DNA from: Eubacterium sp.
Lineage (GTDB): Bacteria > Bacillota > Clostridia > Lachnospirales > Lachnospiraceae
Direction of reading: 5' to 3'
NCBI GenBank assembly: GCA_024696635.1
Contig: JAILGP010000002.1
Span: forward strand, 1,276 to 65,275
DNA length: 64,000 nucleotides
Shown here: piece by piece, positions 18,829 through 27,864 of the stretch
How the letters are laid out: each line of letters starts with the position of its first letter
How positions within the stretch are numbered: position 1 is the first letter of the stretch
The notes under the pieces: generated by a model
Database searches by the model: none
What the model was told of the DNA's origin: nothing
Seen by the model: only the letters and a program-made list of their open reading frames with translations
Made by a program: the position numbers and the translations under genes

Positions 18829-19596
18829 GTGATGGATATGTTAGAGGTAAAGAACATAAGAAAAAGCTTCGCCAGTAGTGAGGTGCAGGTACTTAAGGAT
18901 ATTAGTTTTACAATAGAAACTGGAGAATTTGTATGTCTTCTTGGAAAGAGTGGTTGTGGAAAAAGTACACTACTTGATCTTTTGGCTGGTTATACAAAGC
19001 CAGATGGTGGGGAATTGATAATTGATGGAAAAAAGATTAAAGGGCCTGGTATTGATAGGGGATTGGTTTTTCAGGAACATGCTTTATATCCCTGGTATAC
19101 CGTATATCAAAATATATGTTTTGGACCAAAGATTCAGAAAAAGAAAAATTATAACGAAGTTGCAGATGAATATCTGAATCTTATAGGTATGAAAAAATAT
19201 AGAGACTATTACCCCGATAGTCTTTCTGGAGGAATGAAACAGAGAGTAGGAATCGCAAGAGCTCTTGCTGCTGAACCAGATGTATTACTCATGGACGAAC
19301 CTTTTAGTGCATTAGATCCATCAACCAGGGCAAAGTTAAGAGATGACTTGATCGAAATCTGGCAGAAAACATCTAAAACAATAGTATTTGTTACCCACAG
19401 TGTTCCTGAAGCGGTGTATTTGGCTGACAGAGTCATAGCAATGAAAGATGGAACAATACAGTTTAACGAGAAGATAGATATAAAACGAAAAAGAGATATG
19501 AATGATCCCAAGTTTGTTGAATATGTAAATAAAATAGAAAACTTTATTTCAAGTAAGAAAAAGAATAAAGAAAAGCTGGTGGTGACAAATGATTAA
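18829..19596 (+). CDS. ABC transporter ATP-binding subunit (TauB/SsuB/NrtD type)
   Basis: GKSGCGKST, LSGGMKQR, LLMDEPFSALD, VFVTH. Confidence 0.92.
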   Translation: MMDMLEVKNIRKSFASSEVQVLKDISFTIETGEFVCLLGKSGCGKSTLLDLLAGYTKPDGGELIIDGKKIKGPGIDRGLVFQEHALYPWYTVYQNICFGPKIQKKKNYNEVADEYLNLIGMKKYRDYYPDSLSGGMKQRVGIARALAAEPDVLLMDEPFSALDPSTRAKLRDDLIEIWQKTSKTIVFVTHSVPEAVYLADRVIAMKDGTIQFNEKIDIKRKRDMNDPKFVEYVNKIENFISSKKKNKEKLVVTND

Positions 19597-19650
19597 AGGT
19601 CTGAATATCAGATAAAGCTATTCTAAATATATAGGATAGGAGGAAAGACT

Positions 19651-20448
19651 ATGAAAAATCATAATAAGAAAAGATATAAAGTCATAAGCGTAATTTCATT
19701 AATCATGTTTTTCGTCATATGGCAGATATATGCAATGCTGAATGCAAAGATGGGATGGATGAACAAAGCATTTCTCCCTGCCCCAACAGAAGTGCTTCTG
19801 ACATTTCAAAAGTTTTTCGAGGAAGGAACTTTGTTTGAACATATTACTGTGAGTCTTATGAGAATTTTTAAGGGCTTTTTTATAGGAAGTATCATAGGAG
19901 TGGTGGCGGGATATATTATGGCTAAGTTACCTGTTTTTGAAAGTATCCTACAGCCTATTATAAATATATTGGGAGCAATTCCACCATATGCATTTATGCC
20001 ACTGCTGATTATATGGTTTGGTGTAGGAGAATTTGCCAAAATCATAATGATTGTATTAGCAACATTTATTCCTGTACTTGCATCTACTATTCAGGGTGTA
20101 AAGAGTATAAATCCATTACATATCAGGGCGGCCAAAACCCTTGGCTGTAATGAATTTCAGTTGTTTTACCATGTGATTGTAAAAACAGCATTACCATTTA
20201 TTATTGCAGGAATGAAGACTAGTATATCACTTTGTTTTTCCGCATTGGTTGTAGCAGAGATGATTGGTTCAGATACAGGATTAGGTTTCATTATAGTTGA
20301 TGGACGAAATTGGTTTAAGGTTGCAAATATGTTTATGGCAATGACATCTATAGCTATATTGCAGACAGTATTTCAGGCTATTCTGACAATGCTAGAAAGG
20401 AAACTTTTTAAGTGGAAGAAGGAAGGTTTGTCTGCAGCAATTGAATAA
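19651..20448 (+). CDS. ABC transporter permease (TauC/SsuC type)
   Basis: FLPAP, IPPYAFMPLLIIWFGVGE, LVVAEMIG..TGLG. Confidence 0.92.
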   Translation: MKNHNKKRYKVISVISLIMFFVIWQIYAMLNAKMGWMNKAFLPAPTEVLLTFQKFFEEGTLFEHITVSLMRIFKGFFIGSIIGVVAGYIMAKLPVFESILQPIINILGAIPPYAFMPLLIIWFGVGEFAKIIMIVLATFIPVLASTIQGVKSINPLHIRAAKTLGCNEFQLFYHVIVKTALPFIIAGMKTSISLCFSALVVAEMIGSDTGLGFIIVDGRNWFKVANMFMAMTSIAILQTVFQAILTMLERKLFKWKKEGLSAAIE

Positions 20449-20561
20449 TAGATTTAGATATAGTTATTAAAATAGTGAGAGGACAAGGATCTTTAAAATC
20501 TAAGATCTTTGAAATAAATGACAACAATGTTAATGCATTGTTAGTAAAGGAGGAAAAAATT

Positions 20562-21602
20562 ATGAGGAAGAAAATTGGTGCGATTATTTTATCAGTAATG
20601 CTTAGTTTATCATTGTGTGCCTGTGGAGGAGATACTTCACAGACTTCAGCTAAATCAACAGAGGCTTCGGATTCTAATATGAAATTGAAGGTGATTGCAA
20701 CCCCGGCTCCAGCTTCATGTTCTCAGGTGGCTGTGGCTGAAGAAATGGGATATTTTGAAGAAGAAGGAGTAGATGTTGAAATCCAGTACGTAACTAATCT
20801 GTCTGATATGGCGTCTATTATAGCTGGTGGCGGATGCGATGCTGCATTTAATTCTTACTATACAGTTTTAACATGGATTGATTCAGGGCTTGATGTTAAG
20901 GTCATCGCTGCAAACAATGATATGGGTGGTACTCAGGCAGCAGCTATTAGAACAGATATAGAGATTAATAGTCCAAAGGATTTGGAGAATTGTAAGCTTG
21001 GTCTTGTTCCAGGTGCTGAGGTAAATGTGGCTATTATGAGAATGTGTGATGAATATGGAGTTGATTTTGATGCAATTAATAAGGTTGAAGTTCAGCCTGC
21101 AGATCAGTTATCAGCTTTTGAATCAGGTGATATTGATATTATTGCATGTTGGGAGCCTTGGTTAACAAAAGCAGAATCAATGGGAGGACGTTTTCTTCTT
21201 TCAGGAAACAAGGCAGATATAGAAGGTATTCCTTCTGATGTTGATTGGCTGACATTATATGAGACTACAGTTGTTCCTACATCTGCAGTTACTGAAAAGG
21301 CTGATGCTTTGGCAGCTATGCTTAGAGCAGTAAAGAAGGCAGAGTGTTATATTAATAGCAATCGTGATGAAGCAGTTGAAATAGTTGCTAAGGTTTGTGA
21401 AAGTGATGTAGACGAAATTGCAGGTATTATGGAAAAGAACGATTACAGATGGGGAGTAGATTCTCAGTATAAGGATACTATGTCATCACTTGAAGATTTC
21501 ATGTTTGAACATAAAATTATTCAGAATGATATTGAGTTTGATGATGTACATGATTTTTCGATATTAAAGAAGGCAGTCCCTGATGCATATACATTAGATT
21601 AG
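20562..21602 (+). CDS. ABC transporter substrate-binding lipoprotein (SsuA/TauA/NMT1-like)
   Basis: AAGGAGG RBS, lipobox LSLCACG, GYFEEEGVDVE, WEPW. Confidence 0.85.
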   Translation: MRKKIGAIILSVMLSLSLCACGGDTSQTSAKSTEASDSNMKLKVIATPAPASCSQVAVAEEMGYFEEEGVDVEIQYVTNLSDMASIIAGGGCDAAFNSYYTVLTWIDSGLDVKVIAANNDMGGTQAAAIRTDIEINSPKDLENCKLGLVPGAEVNVAIMRMCDEYGVDFDAINKVEVQPADQLSAFESGDIDIIACWEPWLTKAESMGGRFLLSGNKADIEGIPSDVDWLTLYETTVVPTSAVTEKADALAAMLRAVKKAECYINSNRDEAVEIVAKVCESDVDEIAGIMEKNDYRWGVDSQYKDTMSSLEDFMFEHKIIQNDIEFDDVHDFSILKKAVPDAYTLD

Positions 21603-21646
21603 TTGTTGATTATTGTATATTGGGTTGAGCCTATGGGAGGAATAGT

Positions 21647-22246
21647 ATGACTAATAACTATGTGATTACATTTACCAGACAGTTTGGAAGTCTGGGAAGG
21701 CAGGTGGCACAAAAGGTCTCTGAGATTATGGATATAGAATACTATGATAGAGATATAGTGGAGCATGCAGCGAAGAAAATGAATCTACCATCTGGAACCG
21801 TGACTGAGGCAGAGGAGTCGGTTAAGACTTCATTATTCAATATGCAATATCCCTTGGGACTGGGTACTACAAAGATTCAAGATAAGATTTTTGAGACGCA
21901 AAAAGAATTGATTAATGAATATGTTGAAAAGGAAAACTGTATAGTGGTTGGAAGATGTGCGGATTATATTCTGAGAGATCATCCAAGAAGCTTACATGTT
22001 TACTTATATGCGTCCTATGAGGAAAGAATAGTGAATTGTGTAAATGCACTTTATCTGACAGCGGCTGAAGCAAAGAAGATGATTAAAAGTGTTGACGCAG
22101 CAAGAGCTTCTTATCACAAACACTATGCAGGATACCTGCCTGGAGCTAAAGATCATTATGATATTCAGATTAATACATCTCTTCTTGGAGTAGATGGAAC
22201 TGCAGAGCTTATTGTTAATCTTGCTAATAAAAAATTTGGACTATAG
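21647..22246 (+). CDS. Cytidylate kinase-like family protein
   Basis: ITFTRQFGSLGR, CIVVGRCADYIL, HVYLYA, YDIQINTS. Confidence 0.8.
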   Translation: MTNNYVITFTRQFGSLGRQVAQKVSEIMDIEYYDRDIVEHAAKKMNLPSGTVTEAEESVKTSLFNMQYPLGLGTTKIQDKIFETQKELINEYVEKENCIVVGRCADYILRDHPRSLHVYLYASYEERIVNCVNALYLTAAEAKKMIKSVDAARASYHKHYAGYLPGAKDHYDIQINTSLLGVDGTAELIVNLANKKFGL

Positions 22247-22299
22247 AAGGGCGTCCTAATAAGAATCCCTTCAGTACTGATATAAGGAGGTAACGAGAT

Positions 22300-23283
22300 A
22301 TGAACAAGTATGATGTTATTATTTCTTCATTACCTGCCACAGAATGCAGAAAAGAGATATTTTTCAGACAAGCCGGAGATGGCTTTTTACAGGTTGAATA
22401 TGGCAAAATCCCAACTGTGGAGCTGATGGATTCTTTTAGAATGCTTGCGGTAGATGCAGAAATCAGAAAGATGAATATTCCTGGTTTAATTGAGACATTA
22501 CCTGGGGTTAGAACAAATCTTATACATTTTAATCCCCTGGTTATGTCTTATAAGGATTTGATAGATTATCTTACAGAAGCAGAGAATAAGATACAAAGTG
22601 TGGATGACATGGTTATTGATTCAAGGATAATAACCTTACCAATTACATTTGAGGATAGCAAAACGAAAAGTGCAGTTGAGTTATATGAGAAGTCTGTCAG
22701 AAAAGATGCTCCTAATGATATGGGTGGCTACAATCTGGAATACACGGCTCTTTGTAATGGTTGTACTGTTCAAGATATTAAGGATATGGTTAAAGGGACA
22801 TATTGGTATAACAGTGGATGCGGTTTTTATCCGGGAAATGCATTCTGGTGGCCTATGGATCCAAGATGTAAGATTTGTGTTCCCAAGGCTAATCCACCTA
22901 GAACCTGGACTCCAGAAGGTGCTGTTGGAATAGGAGGTGTTTCTCTTTGTACATATCCAAGTGATTCTGGAGGAGGAAATCAGTTATTTGGAAGAACTAT
23001 TCCTGTAATACAGATGAAAATGCTGCATCCTCAGTTTAAGGAATCTCCATTTCTATATAAAAGGTACGGTGATCGTATTAAATTCAGGGAAGTAGAAGAA
23101 ACAGAATTAAATGATATATGTGATATGGTCAACAATGGAACTGGATATGAATATGAAATTGAGGAAGGGAAAATTGTTGTTAAGGAATATCTGGAATTTA
23201 TTAATTCTAAAGAAGTAAAGGAAGGTGCGGCGGATCTTGTGAGACGTCAGCAGGAAGCTTCAAAAATAATTCCTAGAGTCTAG
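22300..23283 (+). CDS. Carboxyltransferase subunit, AHS1 domain, urea-carboxylase type
   Basis: RQAGDGFLQVEYG, PMDPR, NPPRTWTPEGAVGIGG, GGNQLFGRT resemble the urea carboxylase CT domain. Confidence 0.85.
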   Translation: MNKYDVIISSLPATECRKEIFFRQAGDGFLQVEYGKIPTVELMDSFRMLAVDAEIRKMNIPGLIETLPGVRTNLIHFNPLVMSYKDLIDYLTEAENKIQSVDDMVIDSRIITLPITFEDSKTKSAVELYEKSVRKDAPNDMGGYNLEYTALCNGCTVQDIKDMVKGTYWYNSGCGFYPGNAFWWPMDPRCKICVPKANPPRTWTPEGAVGIGGVSLCTYPSDSGGGNQLFGRTIPVIQMKMLHPQFKESPFLYKRYGDRIKFREVEETELNDICDMVNNGTGYEYEIEEGKIVVKEYLEFINSKEVKEGAADLVRRQQEASKIIPRV

Positions 23284-23296
23284 AGGAGGTGAAAAC

Positions 23297-24283
23297 ATGA
23301 TTAAAGTTCTAAATGGTGGAATTGAGATTGTAGTTGAAGATTGGCCTGGCAGAGTTGGATATATGGGACTTGGAATGTCACCTTCAGGAGCTCTAGACAA
23401 CCTTGCACTTCAGATAGGTAATATTATTGTTGGAAATGAACCCGGTGAGGCGGGAATAGAAATAACGGCTGGATATTGTTCCTTTGAGTTTACAGAGGAT
23501 AAGGTTATATGTCTGACTGGAACCGATATGTCGGCAAGAGTAAATGGCGAGATAGTACCTGTATGGGAAGCCTTTAAAGTAAAAGCTGGTGATCAGATAA
23601 AGTTCGATCATTTTTCTGAACAGGGATTTAGGACTTATATTTTAATAGCAGGAGGGATTGATGTTCCGCTTTACCTAGGTAGTAAATCAACCTGTTTATT
23701 TGGGTCATATGGTGGATATGAGGGAAGAAAGTTAAAGCCAGGGGATGAGCTTATGGGATTTGAGGTGGCAGATCAGGATAAGCTGATAGGAAGAAAGGTT
23801 AATCCTAAGTATAAGCCTCAATATAAAAATACATGGGATGTAAGGTTGATTGTGGGACCTGCTTCTGTTCCAGATTATGTTTCAGAAGAGGGAATGGACT
23901 ATCTGTTCTCGCATGAGCATAAGGTTAGACATGATTCTAATCGTTCTGGATATCGATTAGAAGAATTACCGTCATTTTTCTTTGCAAGGGAAAATGGTGG
24001 AGAGGGAGGAGACCATCCTTCTAACTGGATAGAATCCGGTTACAATATGTTGGGAGCTCTTAATATTAATGGTAATTTTCCAACCTTGTTAATTGGTGAT
24101 GGTCCTACATTTGGAGGCCTTATGTGTTCTGCAAATATTGTATATGCAGATTTATGGAAAATAGGTCAGACAATTCCTGGAAGAGACAAGATAAGATTTA
24201 TTCAGACAACACAGGAAGCTGCAGTGGAGGCAAGGATTGAGAGGATACAGATGTTAAAAAAGCCTGATTTAGTAATTGGATAG
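23297..24283 (+). CDS. Carboxyltransferase subunit, AHS2 domain (PxpC/KipA/urea-carboxylase type)
   Basis: DWPGRVG, GMSPSGALD, GNIIVGN, GGIDVPLYLGSKST, SNRSGYRL, HPSN, DGPTFGG. Confidence 0.88.
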   Translation: MIKVLNGGIEIVVEDWPGRVGYMGLGMSPSGALDNLALQIGNIIVGNEPGEAGIEITAGYCSFEFTEDKVICLTGTDMSARVNGEIVPVWEAFKVKAGDQIKFDHFSEQGFRTYILIAGGIDVPLYLGSKSTCLFGSYGGYEGRKLKPGDELMGFEVADQDKLIGRKVNPKYKPQYKNTWDVRLIVGPASVPDYVSEEGMDYLFSHEHKVRHDSNRSGYRLEELPSFFFARENGGEGGDHPSNWIESGYNMLGALNINGNFPTLLIGDGPTFGGLMCSANIVYADLWKIGQTIPGRDKIRFIQTTQEAAVEARIERIQMLKKPDLVIG

Positions 24284-24325
24284 TCAGGATAGCTATGTGA
24301 AATATAATAAATGGAGGAATAAGAT

Positions 24326-24547
24326 ATGGCTTTTACATTAGAGGCGCATATGCCAGGGCTTGTAGCTAGAGTTACATGTGAAATTGGTCAGGAAGTAGAA
24401 GAAAATCAGGAGCTTGTAGTTCTTAATTGTATGAAAACGGAAATTAGTTGTTTAAGTCCTAAGGCTGGAAAGGTAAAGGAAATTCTTGTAGCTGAATGGG
24501 ATGAAATGGATGTTGGAGTTCCTATGATTATATTAGATGAAATTTAA
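24326..24547 (+). CDS. Stand-alone biotin carboxyl carrier protein
   Basis: 73-aa biotinyl domain, HMPG...VVLNCMKTE (biotinyl-Lys in an MK motif); GGAGG RBS. Confidence 0.85.
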   Translation: MAFTLEAHMPGLVARVTCEIGQEVEENQELVVLNCMKTEISCLSPKAGKVKEILVAEWDEMDVGVPMIILDEI

Positions 24548-24560
24548 AAGAGGCGATTAT

Positions 24561-25187
24561 TTGAAGGTATTATTGATTAACGGGAGTCCTCGGATTAAGG
24601 GCTGTACCTATACGGCCCTTAGCATTGTTGAGGAGAGCCTGAAAGAAGAAGGAATTGAAACTGAAATATTCCATATTGGTACAAAGCCTATTAGAGGATG
24701 TGTAGAATGTAAGGCATGCTGGGATAGGGGGCAATGTGTATTTGAGGATGATATTCTAAAAAAATTGTATCCTAAGGTGGCTGATGCTGATGGGTTTGTT
24801 TTTGGATCACCAGTATATTTTGCTTCTGCAAATGGTAGCATGATAGCGTTAATGGATAGATTGTTTTATACAGCTAAAGATTTATGGCTGAAACCAGCTA
24901 CCTGTGTAGTTGCGGCCAGAAGAGGAGGAACAACGGCTGCGCTAGATGTATTGAATAAGTATCCTTCTAACAGAAATATGCCAATAATTTCATCGCAATA
25001 TTGGAATATGGTACATGGAAATGAACCTGAAGAGGTGATGAAGGATTTTGAGGGACTGCAGACAATGCGTACTTTAGGAAAAAATATGGCTTGGATTCTT
25101 AAATGTATTAAGGCTGGTGAAAATATGGGAATTAGTAAACCCCAGATAGAAGAAAAGATTAAAACTAATTTTATCCCTTCGGAATAG
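24561..25187 (+). CDS. Flavodoxin-like iron-sulfur flavoprotein / NADPH-dependent FMN reductase
   Basis: INGSPR, CxxCxxCxxxxxC (CVECKACWDRGQC), GSPVYF, ARRGG, WNMVHG; TTG 24561 chosen for its AGAGG RBS. Confidence 0.85.
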   Translation: MKVLLINGSPRIKGCTYTALSIVEESLKEEGIETEIFHIGTKPIRGCVECKACWDRGQCVFEDDILKKLYPKVADADGFVFGSPVYFASANGSMIALMDRLFYTAKDLWLKPATCVVAARRGGTTAALDVLNKYPSNRNMPIISSQYWNMVHGNEPEEVMKDFEGLQTMRTLGKNMAWILKCIKAGENMGISKPQIEEKIKTNFIPSE

Positions 25188-25202
25188 AAATGAGGTGACA
25201 TT

Positions 25203-26558
25203 ATGATCAGAAAGGTTTTGATAGCAAATAGGGGAGAAATTGTAAATCGCGTAATAAGAACATGCAAGAAAATGAATATTCAGACGGTAGTTATTTATTC
25301 AGATGCTGATAAGGATGCAACATATATAGCGGAAGCTGATGAGGCATATTATATAGGACCATCTGCTCCGGTTAAAAGCTATCTGAATAAGGATGCAATC
25401 ATTGACGTGATTAAAAAGTCTGGAGCAGATGCAGTACATCCTGGCTATGGATTTTTGTCAGAGTCTGCTGATTTTGCTAAAGAGGTTGCAATGACTGGTG
25501 CTATCTGGATCGGTCCTAAGCCTGAATTTTTAGAAAATATAGAATCAAAATGCTATTGTAGAAAGGTGGCTGAGAAGGCTGGTGTTCCAATTACACCTGG
25601 TACAACCAGTCCTGTCTCAAGTGTTGAGGAGATATATGATATAGCATCTGAAATTGGTCTCCCAGTACTTTTAAAATTGGATAAGGGAGGCGGAGGAAAG
25701 GGAATTGAGAAAATTAATTCTTTTGAATCTGAGGAACAGACAGAATCTATATTCTTAAATATGAAGAAGATAGGTGAGATGGCATTTGCATCAGGTGATG
25801 TGTATGTAGAAAAAGCTGTTCTAAACCCTAGACATATAGAAGTTCAATTTGTTTGTGACAATAAGGGAAATGTGGTTTGCCTTGGAGAACGCGAATGTTC
25901 AATACAGAGAAGATATCAGAAAATGATTGAGGAATCGCCTTCACCAGTGGTTACTGATAAGGACCGAGAAAGATTGTATGATTATACAAAAAGGCTTGTA
26001 AAAGCGATGAATTACACAGGAGCGGGAACGATAGAAATGCTCCGTGCTGGTAATGGTGAATATTATTTCATGGAAATAAATGCCCGACTTCAGGTGGAAC
26101 ATCCGGTTTCGGAATTTGTTACTGGTATTGATATAGTTGAGCAGCAGATTAAGATTGCAGACGGTTTACCATTATCATTTACACAGGATGATATTTATAT
26201 TAAAGGTCATGCAATTGAATGTAGGGTAAATGCAGAGGATCCTGTATCATTTACTCCAATGCCAGGTTCTATATCAAAGATAGCATTTCCTGATGTATCA
26301 AGTGGAAATATTCGTATAGAACATGCACTTTGTGATGGTTATAGAATTACGCCATATTATGATTCTATGATATTCAAACTTATAGCCTGGGGAGATGACA
26401 GACTGACATGTGTGGAGAATATGAAGAATGCTCTTAAACAGTTTAAAATTGAAGGGGTAAATACGACTATATCAACAGATCTTAGGATTTTGGAAAATGC
26501 TCATTTTTTATCAGGTAAATTCACTACTTCATTTTTGAAAGATGAAAGGTTTATTTAA
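25203..26558 (+). CDS. Biotin carboxylase subunit
   Basis: KVLIANRGEI, HPGYGFLSE, GGGGKG, PRHIEVQ, ERECSIQRRYQK, EINARLQVEHPV, YYDSM. Confidence 0.95.
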   Translation: MIRKVLIANRGEIVNRVIRTCKKMNIQTVVIYSDADKDATYIAEADEAYYIGPSAPVKSYLNKDAIIDVIKKSGADAVHPGYGFLSESADFAKEVAMTGAIWIGPKPEFLENIESKCYCRKVAEKAGVPITPGTTSPVSSVEEIYDIASEIGLPVLLKLDKGGGGKGIEKINSFESEEQTESIFLNMKKIGEMAFASGDVYVEKAVLNPRHIEVQFVCDNKGNVVCLGERECSIQRRYQKMIEESPSPVVTDKDRERLYDYTKRLVKAMNYTGAGTIEMLRAGNGEYYFMEINARLQVEHPVSEFVTGIDIVEQQIKIADGLPLSFTQDDIYIKGHAIECRVNAEDPVSFTPMPGSISKIAFPDVSSGNIRIEHALCDGYRITPYYDSMIFKLIAWGDDRLTCVENMKNALKQFKIEGVNTTISTDLRILENAHFLSGKFTTSFLKDERFI

Positions 26559-26608
26559 TATTAGTTCAAATTAATGATAGTAATTTTATTGGGAAAGAAT
26601 GTGATAAT

Positions 26609-27379
26609 ATGTTTGACAAATTATGTTATGAATATTATGAGTCTCTTGATTCTACAAATGAAAGAATTAAGGAAAGGGCAAGAAATGGAGCTGAGGAGGG
26701 ACTTGTAATCAGTGCGGATAGACAGACTGCAGGAAGGGGACGGATTGGAAGGAAATGGCAGAGCCCACAAGGTGAATGTGTGGCAACTTCTATGCTTATT
26801 TATCAGAACGATATTCCTTTAGATTCAATACCATCGATTACTGTTTTATGTGGACTGGCAGTGAGAAGTGCTTTAAGTCAGCTTTATGGGATGGAATGTC
26901 TGATTAAATGGCCTAATGATATTATTTTAAATGGGAAGAAAATATGTGGAATATTAGTGGAATATGAAACCTTGAGTAATGGATTATCCTTTTTGGTGGT
27001 TGGAATTGGTGTGAATGTACATCAGAAAAGTTTTTCTGATGATCTTGCTGATAAAGCTACATCAATTGATATGGAATTATTAGATACTACCATAAGACCT
27101 GTTCATAGAAGAGAGATTGTTGAGGTGATATGGACAAGCTTTATGACCTATTATAAAGAGTTTATTTTATATAACAATTTAAGTATTTTTAAGGAAGAAT
27201 ATGAAAAGCATTTGGTGAATATAGGAAATAGAGTGAGAATAGAAAGGGCTGAGGCAAGTTATGATGCAATTGCCCGTGGAATATCGGATTCAGGTGGATT
27301 AATTATTTATGTGAATGGAGAGGAACAAGAAATTAGAAATTATGAAGTGTCTGTACGTGGACTTTATGGATATGTTTAA
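26609..27379 (+). CDS. Biotin-protein ligase without a DNA-binding HTH
   Basis: LDSTN, QTAGRGRIGRKW, IKWPND, KKICGIL, GIGVNV. Confidence 0.92.
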   Translation: MFDKLCYEYYESLDSTNERIKERARNGAEEGLVISADRQTAGRGRIGRKWQSPQGECVATSMLIYQNDIPLDSIPSITVLCGLAVRSALSQLYGMECLIKWPNDIILNGKKICGILVEYETLSNGLSFLVVGIGVNVHQKSFSDDLADKATSIDMELLDTTIRPVHRREIVEVIWTSFMTYYKEFILYNNLSIFKEEYEKHLVNIGNRVRIERAEASYDAIARGISDSGGLIIYVNGEEQEIRNYEVSVRGLYGYV

Positions 27380-27390
27380 TTGTTTGTATT

Positions 27391-27422
27391 AAAAAGCTTG
27401 TAATAGACAGGCTTTTTATTTT
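27391..27422 (+). terminator. Intrinsic terminator ending the carboxylase operon
   Basis: aaaaagcttgt-aatag-acaggcttttt then attttt. Confidence 0.7.
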
Positions 27423-27474
27423 TATTAAGAAAATGCCTTGACAAATTCGATTTAACTAACTATTATTTAGCAAA

Positions 27475-27757
27475 TGGGCGTTGAAGAGAAGAGTAAGGTA
27501 AAAACAGCCTACAGAGAGGTTCGTGAATTCTGAGAACGAAACCAGGAAATGCTTACCCCAAGACCACCTCGGAGCCGTTGGTGATGAATCAACCGTAGAA
27601 CTACGTTACAGTTATTAATTGAGAGTCCTATATGTTTTGAGATATGTTTAATCAATATTTTAGATTAAATATGTGATATAGGAAATCGGGGTGGAACCGC
27701 GAGAATATCGTCCCCGGTGTACTTAGTAAGTACGCCGGGGTTTTTTATTTGTTAAGA
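27475..27757 (+). promoter_or_regulatory. Thr T-box riboswitch leader of thrS
   Basis: TTGACA-N17-TATTAT promoter upstream (27438); AG box agagag; GAA-ACC putative specifier (Thr codon 27541-27543); T-box aatcggggtggaaccgcg 27684-27701; terminator ccccggtgtac...gtacgccgggg-T6 from 27712. Confidence 0.93.
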
Positions 27758-27864
27758 TATTTATAAACATGATTAAAACTTTGTTTTTGCTTATTAGTTT
27801 TAATCTATAAGTTTCATTTATTTATAAAGACACTAATTTATAATATTTTGAAAGGAGAAGCATT

